Of a stretch of DNA of 60,984 nucleotides, positions 28,760 through 37,701 are shown piece by piece. Each line of letters opens with the position of its first letter. Within the stretch, counting starts at the first letter, position 1. This DNA comes from Myxococcota bacterium (GTDB taxonomy: Bacteria; Myxococcota_A; UBA796; GCA-2862545). The position numbers and the translations under genes were made by a program. The stretch is taken from positions 1 to 60,984 of the forward strand of contig JBCCQY010000047.1 of NCBI GenBank assembly GCA_039208735.1. The letters run 5' to 3'. The notes beneath the pieces were generated by a model that had not been told where the DNA came from, did no database searches, and saw nothing but the letters and a program-made list of their open reading frames with translations.

Positions 28760-29581
28760 TTACAGGATCACCCCCCACAGGGCGGCGACCGGAGCGATGT
28801 CGCCATGTCGCCGCGGGCGTTCCTCGAGCAAAGCCCTCCAAAAGGCGTCATCGAGCATGCCTTCGCGCACGAGCAGATCCACCGAATCCGCCGCCAAGCC
28901 AAACAACGATCCCCCCTCCGGAAGTCGGTTGACGATCCGGCTCGCGTCGGGGAGCCATTGAATGAAGCGACGAAGCTCAGACGCAGAGAAGCAGCTCACC
29001 AACAGATCGACCAACCGGCGGACGTTGGCCTTGGGCGGAGGATCGGTGGAGCTTAGCGTAGACGGAGGATTCGTCCTCGGCGTCGGGGACGCGGTGGCGC
29101 TCGCCTGACCAATGATGTTGGCAATCTCATCGGAAAGGACGTTCAACTGCCTTCGTTTTACGGCATTTCCCCATGGCTCCGCTCGTACCGGCCGCCAATC
29201 GAAGTACTGCAGCTCCTTCAGGATCCGGCCCGCGTCACTCGTCGGGTTCTCCAACTCGTTGGACTGCACCCAGTAGATCGGTAGGATTCGCTGGTCCTCG
29301 CCACCCATCCGCGCATGAAAATCCGTCAGTTCCTGCACACACCAGTGACTGGTGAAGAACAGCGGTTGGACGATCGGCATGAGAAACGGGACCTTGTCGA
29401 GTTCCCGTTCGAGACGAGCCTGCCAGGACTGGCCAAGGGCAATCGCCTCTTGATCCTGGAAAATCGCCAGCTCACGGTCTCCCGTCTTCATGCGCAGCTG
29501 GTTTTCGAGTTTCTTCCGAAACTCCGTGATTTCCCCATCCTGATCGGCACCGGTGGGGTAGCTGAGGAAGATCTTGTACAT
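28760..29581 (-). CDS. TIR-domain protein with C-terminal helical EAD1/Death-like domain
   Basis: IFLSY...IFQD..IALGQSW...FFTSHWCVQE; P/S/T linker; LVDLLVSCFSASELRRF...G.LDDAFWRALLEERP. Confidence 0.8.
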   Translation of the reverse strand: MYKIFLSYPTGADQDGEITEFRKKLENQLRMKTGDRELAIFQDQEAIALGQSWQARLERELDKVPFLMPIVQPLFFTSHWCVQELTDFHARMGGEDQRILPIYWVQSNELENPTSDAGRILKELQYFDWRPVRAEPWGNAVKRRQLNVLSDEIANIIGQASATASPTPRTNPPSTLSSTDPPPKANVRRLVDLLVSCFSASELRRFIQWLPDASRIVNRLPEGGSLFGLAADSVDLLVREGMLDDAFWRALLEERPRRHGDIAPVAALWGVIL

Positions 29582-29834
29582 GCGTCAAGGGTACGGCGCC
29601 GCGGGACGAAGTCAACCGTGAGAGGAGTCGCGGCCGTTTCCAGCCTGTGACGTTGGCCCGCTGGGCGATCGCATCTGACCCCGTGCCCCGCACAGACGAA
29701 CGCGCCTCGCATTCCGCACGAAGAGCAGGTTTGAATTCAAGTCGCCCCATCAGTGGCACGAGCGTGAGACGACGGTGCCGCCCTTAAAGGACGCGGTTCA
29801 GCTACAACCGGGGGCCGTCACGACAGGGGGGAAC

Positions 29835-31280
29835 ATGGAGACAACGAAACTACAACAGTTCCTGAGCTTTCGATACCAAGTTGCCCTGGCTCTGATTGCA
29901 CTGCTCATCGTGGTTTCCTTTGGGTTGGTGAACTGGGTTCTTTCGGCACAGTTGGCGGATGCGCCAACGATCAATGTCACGGGTCGCCAACGGATGCTTT
30001 CCCAGCGGGTTGCCTTGTTTACGCTTCGGGTGTTGGCTGAGCCGGATGCGGCCATCCGCGACCGTCACCTTGCCGCACTCGAACGCGCAGTGGACGAGAT
30101 GGGTTGTGATCACAGCGCTCTCATCCAGGGCGATGCGGCTCGAGGGCTTCCTGCCGCGCCCGATCGCGTTCGCGACCTGTACTTTGGCGAGACCCAGCTC
30201 GATGCCCGGGTACGGAGCTACCTCGAGGATGCACGGGCCGTGGTGGCTCTCCAAAGGCAGAGAGGGACGTCCGAGCAGCCGCAAGCAAGGCTTCCGCGAA
30301 GTGAGAATCGCGAGTCGGATCCGACGGCAGGTCAAGCGACCGCGCTGCTTCGTGACCTCGACAAAGTGGTGACCCAACACGAAGCCGCGGGTTCCGAACG
30401 CGTCCGGTGGCTGCAAGTGGCCCAGTTCGCGCTGCTTATCTGCACCTTCATCTTGCTCTGGCTCGAAAGCCGCACGATCTTCCAACCCATGGTGCGGTGG
30501 GTCAGCACCTACACCGACACCCTGCAAAAGGAAGTGGAGGATCGACGAGCCGCGGAGGCCCGAGCGTCCGAAGCCACGCGGGCGCAAGGGCGGTTCTTGG
30601 CCAAGATGAGCCACGAACTCCGCACCCCATTGAACGCGGTCATTGGTTACGCCGAACTGCTATCGGAAACGCAGGATCCCATTGAGCGCAAAGAATGTAC
30701 GGATCGGATCCTTCAGGCGGCTAGCCACCAGCTGAACATGATCAACGATCTGTTGGATCTGGAGCGGGTTGAACGCGGAGGCTGGACCTTCGAGATTCGA
30801 GAGATCAACGTCTCAACCTTGATTGACGACGTCGTCAACACCACCCAGCCCCAGTGTCAGGCCAATGGAAACCGCCTCGTGGTGGAGGTTGCGCCGAACC
30901 TGCCTCCCCTGCACTCCGATCGCGTCCGGCTCTCCCAGATCCTGATGAACCTCGTTGGCAACGCGGGGAAGTTCACCGAAAACGGTCTCATCCAACTGCA
31001 GGTGCGCTCTGCGACGTCGAACCCTCGGCTCCTCGAATTCACGGTGCAGGACACGGGCCCAGGAATCCGAGAGGAAGATCGACGACGAATCTTCGAGAAG
31101 TTCATTCAGGTCGATGACTCACCGACCCGTCGGCAGACAGGGGCGGGACTCGGTCTGGCCATCTCGAAGGAACTGGTCGAAGCGTTGGGAGGCTCCATCC
31201 GAGTCACCAGCGAGTTGGGAACAGGCTCGGCGTTCACCGTCCTTCTTCCGTTCGAACGAAAGAAGAACGAGCTGAAATAA
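29835..31280 (+). CDS. Sensor histidine kinase with PilJ/NarX-type periplasmic domain
   Basis: INVTGRQRMLSQR; SHELRTPLN; NAGKFT; DTGPG; GAGLGL. Confidence 0.93.
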   Translation: METTKLQQFLSFRYQVALALIALLIVVSFGLVNWVLSAQLADAPTINVTGRQRMLSQRVALFTLRVLAEPDAAIRDRHLAALERAVDEMGCDHSALIQGDAARGLPAAPDRVRDLYFGETQLDARVRSYLEDARAVVALQRQRGTSEQPQARLPRSENRESDPTAGQATALLRDLDKVVTQHEAAGSERVRWLQVAQFALLICTFILLWLESRTIFQPMVRWVSTYTDTLQKEVEDRRAAEARASEATRAQGRFLAKMSHELRTPLNAVIGYAELLSETQDPIERKECTDRILQAASHQLNMINDLLDLERVERGGWTFEIREINVSTLIDDVVNTTQPQCQANGNRLVVEVAPNLPPLHSDRVRLSQILMNLVGNAGKFTENGLIQLQVRSATSNPRLLEFTVQDTGPGIREEDRRRIFEKFIQVDDSPTRRQTGAGLGLAISKELVEALGGSIRVTSELGTGSAFTVLLPFERKKNELK

Positions 31281-31327
31281 GGCGGCGAGTCCCGCGAAGA
31301 ACCGGTCTCCTCTCTCAAGGGGCTTAC

Positions 31328-31711
31328 ATGAACGCCCACGCGATGAAAGACCTCGGTGTCCTCCTGTTGGGGGGACTTGGTGTGCTCGCCGCCATGGTGC
31401 TCGGACCCAGCGTGAGCGCACGCAGCGGGATTGACCCCATCTGGGTCATCCTCTTCGGCCTGTTCTCGTTTTCGGTCGCCTTTGCGGTACGAGGCCCCAC
31501 CGGGAAACGCGAACGACACGATGGGCCGTGGTGGCCACAGATGCGCAGCGACCTCGGCGCCGTGTGGCTCGTTGGTGGAAGCCTCGGCCTCGCATTGGGG
31601 GTCGGGTTTCTGCTCTTGGCGAGTTCGGGCAGCATGCGAGCCGACGGCATCGGACCGTTCCTCGCAGGCAGCGCTCTGGCCCTTGGCGCAGGCATCGGCT
31701 TACAATGCTGA
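31328..31711 (+). CDS. Small hypothetical membrane protein (about 4 TM)
   Basis: Four hydrophobic stretches; fills the gap between genes. Confidence 0.5.
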   Translation: MNAHAMKDLGVLLLGGLGVLAAMVLGPSVSARSGIDPIWVILFGLFSFSVAFAVRGPTGKRERHDGPWWPQMRSDLGAVWLVGGSLGLALGVGFLLLASSGSMRADGIGPFLAGSALALGAGIGLQC

Positions 31712-31845
31712 CCAAACCCTCGAACGACTAGCAGGGGTCAGCGGATTTCCCCTCCCGAGAGGCTTGCCCTTCGTCGATCCAGGGCGGGAACACACAGGGT
31801 TCATCGGCTTGGGCGTTAAGGGAGTCGGCCAAGCAGGAGGGTGAC

Positions 31846-32379
31846 ATGTGGTGGATCTGGATGGCGTGCGGAGCGCCTGAGACGTCGAACAACACCGAAC
31901 CGGTCAAGGCGGCGGGTGACGTCGCCAAGGTGGCAGCCGCCCAGCCCCAGGTCGACGTGAAGTGCGACGTGGAACTGCATCCGTTCACCCAGGTCGACGT
32001 CTACGAAAAGCCCGTGAAGGGTGCCACGGTCGTGGGGCAGTACCCGGAAGGCACGCTCCTTCGCGTCGAGGGCATCAAGGGCCCCTGGGCCGCCGTGACG
32101 CCGACCGATCCGAGCGGAGCATTGCCCTCAGGCTGGATGGGCATTCAGCTCCTCACCACGAACCTGCGCACCACCGACGACTACCCCAAACGCAGCGAAT
32201 TCCGGGGAAGCCCCACCGCGACGGAACGCAAGCCCATGCCCGAGGTGGCCTCCCTGACGGTGGAAGCCTGCCAAGGCGAATTCCTCCGCGTTTCGTGGGA
32301 GAAGGAGGGGGGTGGAAACGGCGAGGGCTGGCTGTCGCCCACTGACCACTGCCCGCTTTCCAACACCACCTGCCCCTGA
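31846..32379 (+). CDS. Putative lipoprotein with SH3b-like domains
   Basis: RBS GGAGG; WMAC; VYEKP...VVGQYPEGTLLRV...GPWAAV...GW; second GW motif. Confidence 0.65.
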   Translation: MWWIWMACGAPETSNNTEPVKAAGDVAKVAAAQPQVDVKCDVELHPFTQVDVYEKPVKGATVVGQYPEGTLLRVEGIKGPWAAVTPTDPSGALPSGWMGIQLLTTNLRTTDDYPKRSEFRGSPTATERKPMPEVASLTVEACQGEFLRVSWEKEGGGNGEGWLSPTDHCPLSNTTCP

Positions 32380-32391
32380 TCTGGGGTTGCT

Positions 32392-33945
32392 GTGAAGTGG
32401 TTCGTACCCGGTGACCTCGACGGATTCTTCGGTCTTGCCCTCGACAACCTGATCCAGCTGCTCGTCATCGACGCACTGTGTCGCTTCGTCCTCGGCCTGC
32501 CCGACGACCTTGTGTATGGCCGCATCCTTCCCGGAGCGGCAGTTTCACTGGTCGTGGGCAATGTGTTCTATGCGCGCCAAGCGATGGCGTTGGCCCAAAA
32601 AACCGGCCGAACCGACGTCTGCGCGCTGCCCTACGGCATCAACACGGTGTCGTTGTTCGCCTACGTCTTTTTGGTCATGCTGCCGGCCAAGCTCGTGGCT
32701 GAAGCCGCGGGGGCCGACGACCCCGCCCGCGTGGCCTGGCAAGCGGGGCTGTTCGCGTGTTTCGGCAGCGGAGTCATCGAACTGTTGGGTGCGTTCGTCG
32801 CCGATCGCATCCGGCAGCTCACTCCAAGAGCCGCACTCCTTTCCACCCTTTCGGGCATTGCCCTTGGCTTCATCAGTCTCGGGTTCTTGTTTCGAACCTT
32901 TGCCAATCCCATCGTGGGACTGGTCACCCTGGGCGTGGTGCTACTGACCTACTTCGGTCGGGTCCACTTTCGCGGACGAATCCCCGGAGGCCTCGTTGCC
33001 GTGGCCCTTGGAACCACCCTCGCGTGGGTCACCGGATTGGCCCCGGTGGGCGATTCCCCGATGACGGGGCTCGGGCTCCATCTGCCGATCCCGGTGGTTG
33101 GCGATCTGTGGGCCGTGGTGGCCAATGGCGGTTGGGTCGCAACGCTGTCGGTGGTGCTGCCCATGGGGATTTTCAACGTGGTGGGGTCGCTACAGAACAT
33201 CGAGAGCGCAGAAGCGGCCGGCGATGCCTACGATGCGGCGCCGAGCCTCGCGGTCAACGGAGCGGGGACCATGGCTGCGGCGTTGTTTGGCAGCTGCTTT
33301 CCCACCACCATTTACATCGGCCATCCCGGGTGGAAGGCGATGGGTGCACGAGCTGGCTACTCGGTGCTCAACGCCATTTTCGTCACGATTCTGGCCCTCA
33401 CAGGCTCCCTCGCGGCAGTCGCATGGGCCGTTCCCGTCGACGCGGGCATGGCCATCGTGCTCTGGATTGGCATGGTCATCACGGCCCAGGCCTTTCAGGC
33501 CACCGAGACCAAGCATGCTCCCGCCGTTGTGATGGGCCTTTTGCCGGGCGTCGGCGCGTGGGGCGCCCTCATGGCGAAGAACGGCCTAAGGGCGGCCGGC
33601 CTCGGCACCCCTGACGCCCCGTTCGATGCATCGCTCATCGACCGGTTCCTCGCCTCGGACACCTGGATCCACGGTGCCTTTGCGCTGGAGCAGGGCTTCA
33701 TCTTCACCGCGATGGTCCTCGCTGCAATGACCGTCGAGATCATCGAGCAGCGGTTCCTTCGTGCTGCGGCCTGGAGTGCGGTGGGAGCCGGCCTGTCGCT
33801 CACCGGACTTATGCATGGCTACGCGTTCACCGTGGGCGACACGGCGATGGCGTTGGGGCCAGCCTGGCCCTGGGTCACAGGCTACACCGCCATGGCCGGC
33901 CTGTTCGCCGTGGCTCCGTGGATCACGAAGCCCTCGAGCGAGTGA
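32392..33945 (+). CDS. NCS2/AzgA-like permease (xanthine/uracil family)
   Basis: GDLDGFFGL..DN; ALPYGIN; QNIESAEAAGDAY; PTTIYIGHPGWKAMGARAGYS. Confidence 0.85.
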   Translation: MKWFVPGDLDGFFGLALDNLIQLLVIDALCRFVLGLPDDLVYGRILPGAAVSLVVGNVFYARQAMALAQKTGRTDVCALPYGINTVSLFAYVFLVMLPAKLVAEAAGADDPARVAWQAGLFACFGSGVIELLGAFVADRIRQLTPRAALLSTLSGIALGFISLGFLFRTFANPIVGLVTLGVVLLTYFGRVHFRGRIPGGLVAVALGTTLAWVTGLAPVGDSPMTGLGLHLPIPVVGDLWAVVANGGWVATLSVVLPMGIFNVVGSLQNIESAEAAGDAYDAAPSLAVNGAGTMAAALFGSCFPTTIYIGHPGWKAMGARAGYSVLNAIFVTILALTGSLAAVAWAVPVDAGMAIVLWIGMVITAQAFQATETKHAPAVVMGLLPGVGAWGALMAKNGLRAAGLGTPDAPFDASLIDRFLASDTWIHGAFALEQGFIFTAMVLAAMTVEIIEQRFLRAAAWSAVGAGLSLTGLMHGYAFTVGDTAMALGPAWPWVTGYTAMAGLFAVAPWITKPSSE

Positions 33946-33955
33946 CCAAAAGCAT

Positions 33956-36349
33956 CTAGGGCTGTCCTTGGTCGGCATCACGAGCGTAGGTGTCGGCCCA
34001 CCGGAACATCTCCCACAGGGCGTGGCCGACACTCTCACGGGCCCGGTAGCCATGATCTTCGTGAGGCAACACGACCCACCGCACCACGCCCCCATTGCCC
34101 TTGATGGCTTCGTACAGCCGCTCGGATTGAACCGGGTAGGTGCCCGAGTTGCTGTCGTCCGCCCCATGAAGCAGGAGCAACGGCTCGTCAATGGCATTCG
34201 CGTGGGTGAACGGCGACATTTCCATGTAGGTGTCGCGGGCTTCCCAGAACGTCCGGTCCTCCCCTTGAAACCCAAACGGCGTGAGAGACCGGTTGTAGGC
34301 TCCCGACCGGGCAATGCCTGCACGGAAGAGATCGGAGTGGGCGAGCAGGTTGGCGACCATGAACGCGCCGTAGCTGTGCCCCCCAATCACGGTGCGATCG
34401 GGGTCCGTCACCCCCATGTCGACGAAGGTTTGGACTGCAGCCTCGGCTCCCGCCACCAGTTGCTCGCGGAACGTGTCGTTGGGCAACTCTTCGCCCTCTC
34501 CCACAATCGGCATTGAAGGGTCGTCCACCACCGCGTAGCCGTGCAGCAGGAAGAACAGCACGGAGCTGCCTCCGGGACGGGTGAACCAGTTGGTCGTCGA
34601 ACTGACCTGCCCTGCGTCACTCTTCCGTTTGAACTCGAACGGATAGGCCCAGAACACCGTTGGGAGCGGTCCATCCCGGCGCCGGTAGCCGGGCGGGAGG
34701 TAGAGCGTAGCCGTCAGCTCGACACCGTCTTCGCGCTGGTACTTGACGAGCTTCTTCTCGACTTTTGAGAAGGCCGCGGCCCAGTCGGCGAATCGCGTGA
34801 GGGGCTGGGCTCGAGAACGTCCCAATCGCCGCAAGAACAGGTTTGGCGGCGACTTCGCGCTCTGCCTGGAGGTGATGAAACGCTCTCCATCGGGCATCAC
34901 GTCGACGACCCGCTCGTAGTACGGGTCCCGAGACTGCCACAGCCGCTCTGTGGTCTGGCCCGCCACATCGTAGCGGTCGAGGAACGGAAAGACACCTTTG
35001 GGCGAGTAGCCTCGGCCACTCAACCAAAGCTGCCGGTCCTCGGTGATGCGCATCACGCCCCACCCGTAGGGACCGGTTTCGTACACGGGCGTCCCGGGGT
35101 CGCTGTAGCGGTCTTGGCTCGACCGGTCCCAGTGCAGGATGGGCTTGGTATCCGGGTTGCTCGGATCGAGCTGCCAGACCCGAAGCTGCCGGGTCGCTCG
35201 CCAGTATTCGACGCCCAATGCCAGCTGATCATCGCCCCACATGATGCGGCTAAAACGCAACGCGGTCGTCCACAGCGGTGCCGGGTCGGCCGCAAAGGGG
35301 GCAGGCCACTGATAGATCTGGTCCCGTTCTTCGGCTTCGACCGAACCATCGCCGCCGTCAAGGGCTTCGGCCCAGTACAACGTGGCCGGCTCGTCGCCCC
35401 GCCAGTAGATGCCCCGCCGCCCCGTTCGAGTGGACCCAAAGGCCGTGGGAATATCGTCGGCAAGGGGCAAGTCAGCGACCTCCACCCGCTGCCCCGTCGT
35501 GAGTTCGTGCACTGCGATGGTGCGGGGGAACCGACTTGCCGGCACCGATCGACTCCATGGCGGGTGCATCACGTCGACAAGTAGCCACTTGCCGTCGGGT
35601 GATGGGGTGGCCTCGTCGACAATCGCAGGTTCGAGCACGGTACGGGTGGTCCCGTCGAGTGCCACGTGAACGAGCTTGGACGTGAAGTAGTAGGCGAATG
35701 CGGCTTCGTCGTGCGCATCGGTCAGCAGATTCTGATAGGTCCGCGCCGGCCGCTTCCCCCCAAGGTTCTCCTCGACCCGGGGTCCCCCTGCGACGGTGGG
35801 GGGCAACGGAGCGGGGCCTTGGTCGTCGGGGACCACCTTGCAGATCAGGCCCTCATCCCCGGGAAGCCAGTCGCAGGGCGCTCCGTAGGCCGCATTCAAC
35901 ACCGGACCGAGCAATCGACGCGGCGTCGGGTCTTCCACGTCCACGACCCACAGCTCAATGCCATTGGGTCGGGTCATCGTGTACGAAAAGCGCCGGGATG
36001 ACGTGTCCCAGTCGAAGTTGCGAATTCGGGCCCCCTCGCCTACCTCGAGCGTGCGGCCCTTGCGGGCCGTGGTCTTCCGAAGGGTCAAAGCGGTGTACGC
36101 GTACTCACGAGCCGGGCCACGCGTCGCAGGATTGAGTTTGACGCCCGCCAACTTCAGGGAAGGCTCGGCCAGCTCTGCGAGCGGAGGCAGGCTGGGACGT
36201 TCTCGCTCCACGAGCCACGTGTTGTCGGGGCTGAAGCTTACCGACGGAGGGCGACGCGCATCGAGGATGGTGGAAACATCGTCGGGTGGGTTTTCAAAGC
36301 GCTCCTGGGCTTCGGCAGGAACGGTAAGTAGCGACGCGAGCAGAATCAT
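33956..36349 (-). CDS. S9 prolyl-oligopeptidase-family peptidase (glutamyl peptidase-like), secreted
   Basis: GGHSYGAFM; ARSGAYNRSLTPFGFQ; HGADDSNSGT; LPHEDHGY; signal peptide from ATG 36349. Confidence 0.92.
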   Translation of the reverse strand: MILLASLLTVPAEAQERFENPPDDVSTILDARRPPSVSFSPDNTWLVERERPSLPPLAELAEPSLKLAGVKLNPATRGPAREYAYTALTLRKTTARKGRTLEVGEGARIRNFDWDTSSRRFSYTMTRPNGIELWVVDVEDPTPRRLLGPVLNAAYGAPCDWLPGDEGLICKVVPDDQGPAPLPPTVAGGPRVEENLGGKRPARTYQNLLTDAHDEAAFAYYFTSKLVHVALDGTTRTVLEPAIVDEATPSPDGKWLLVDVMHPPWSRSVPASRFPRTIAVHELTTGQRVEVADLPLADDIPTAFGSTRTGRRGIYWRGDEPATLYWAEALDGGDGSVEAEERDQIYQWPAPFAADPAPLWTTALRFSRIMWGDDQLALGVEYWRATRQLRVWQLDPSNPDTKPILHWDRSSQDRYSDPGTPVYETGPYGWGVMRITEDRQLWLSGRGYSPKGVFPFLDRYDVAGQTTERLWQSRDPYYERVVDVMPDGERFITSRQSAKSPPNLFLRRLGRSRAQPLTRFADWAAAFSKVEKKLVKYQREDGVELTATLYLPPGYRRRDGPLPTVFWAYPFEFKRKSDAGQVSSTTNWFTRPGGSSVLFFLLHGYAVVDDPSMPIVGEGEELPNDTFREQLVAGAEAAVQTFVDMGVTDPDRTVIGGHSYGAFMVANLLAHSDLFRAGIARSGAYNRSLTPFGFQGEDRTFWEARDTYMEMSPFTHANAIDEPLLLLHGADDSNSGTYPVQSERLYEAIKGNGGVVRWVVLPHEDHGYRARESVGHALWEMFRWADTYARDADQGQP

Positions 36350-36454
36350 GAACGCTCCGGTAAACGCAGGCATCTTAGCCCCATCAAGCAACCGCACTGC
36401 CACGACAGGCCGTCCTTGGGCTGGTAAGCTGCGCGCTCTCGAAGGCACGATCGC

Positions 36455-37699
36455 ATGAGCAGTTCCGACCGACCCGCAACCCTGCAGGCCCCTGACGTCA
36501 CCGAAGCGTGTGACCCTCCTTCTTGCGACCGCTTCGTCGACCACGGGCTCCTTGGAAAAGGGGGGAGTGCGATGGTCCGGGATGCGTTCGACACGCGCCT
36601 GCTGCGTCACGTGGCCATCAAGCGGCTCACCGCCCAGGGCACACGGGCCCACGCGCGTTTTCTGACGGAAGCCCAGATCACCGCGCAACTGCAACATCCA
36701 CACATCGTGCCGGTGCACGAGCATGGAGAAGACGCAGACGGCAACGTGTTCATGTGCATGAAGCGAGTGTCGGGCCGAACGCTCTGGGCCCGCATCGTGG
36801 AACTCGGCCCGCGCCGGCTCGAACCGGACGCCCTGGCGGATCTCCTCGGGGTGCTCGGCCAGGTGTGCGATGCCGTTGCGTACGCCCACAGCCGCGGGGT
36901 CATCCATCGCGACCTCAAGCCAAGCAACATCATGGTGGGGGAGTTTGGTCAGGTCTACGTCATGGATTGGGGCATCGCCCGGCTCACCCCCGACGCCGTT
37001 GCGCGACCCGTCGAAACGACCGCGGAACTCGCCGCCCATACCGGCGTAAGCGGGACTCCGGCCTACATGGCCCCCGAACAAGGCTGGGACGGTGAACCTC
37101 CCGACCCCCGCATCGACGTCTACTCCCTCGGCGGATTGCTGTACGCCATCCTCACCGGTCGAGCTCCCCATGCGGGGGGATTCCTACGTCGGTTCCGTGA
37201 ACCGATCGTCTCGCCCGACGAACTCGTCGAAGATGGCCTGGTGCCGACTGGGCTTTCGCGAATCGCGATGAAGGCGCTGTCCCGCGAGCCCGACGACCGC
37301 TACCCCGATGTCCGCTCCTTCAAGGCTGCCCTGCTGGCGTTCCAGAACGGAACCTGGCAGCTCCCGATCCGTCGGGCCGCCAAGGGCGAAGCGATCATTT
37401 TGGAAGGGGAGTCCGGCGACGAGGCCTTCGTCGTGGTTCGAGGACGGTGCCGCGTGGAACGCAGTGGCGTGGGGTTGGTCGGTGAGATCGGACCGGGTGG
37501 GGTGTTCGGAGAACTCGCCGTGCTGACCGGCCGGCCCCGGGACGCCACGATTCGGGCGGCGACCGACGTGGTCCTGCAGATCGTAAATCGAGACGCCCTC
37601 AACGAAGGGCTTGGTCTCCAATCCTGGGCTGGCCGCTTCGTGCAGGCCTTGGCGAAGCGGGTCGTCGGCCTCCACAGCGGAGAGGAACCTCCCGAGTGA
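36455..37699 (+). CDS. Ser/Thr protein kinase with C-terminal cyclic-nucleotide-binding domain
   Basis: LGKGG, VAIK, HRDLKPSN, DWGIA, GTPAYMAPEQ; FGELAVLTGRPRDATIRA. Confidence 0.93.
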   Translation: MSSSDRPATLQAPDVTEACDPPSCDRFVDHGLLGKGGSAMVRDAFDTRLLRHVAIKRLTAQGTRAHARFLTEAQITAQLQHPHIVPVHEHGEDADGNVFMCMKRVSGRTLWARIVELGPRRLEPDALADLLGVLGQVCDAVAYAHSRGVIHRDLKPSNIMVGEFGQVYVMDWGIARLTPDAVARPVETTAELAAHTGVSGTPAYMAPEQGWDGEPPDPRIDVYSLGGLLYAILTGRAPHAGGFLRRFREPIVSPDELVEDGLVPTGLSRIAMKALSREPDDRYPDVRSFKAALLAFQNGTWQLPIRRAAKGEAIILEGESGDEAFVVVRGRCRVERSGVGLVGEIGPGGVFGELAVLTGRPRDATIRAATDVVLQIVNRDALNEGLGLQSWAGRFVQALAKRVVGLHSGEEPPE

Positions 37700-37701
37700 G
37701 G

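Noticed and set aside
36350..37171. 1071-aa version of the S9 peptidase
   Set aside because: The extension is the antisense shadow of the kinase gene. A signal peptide begins at ATG 36349.
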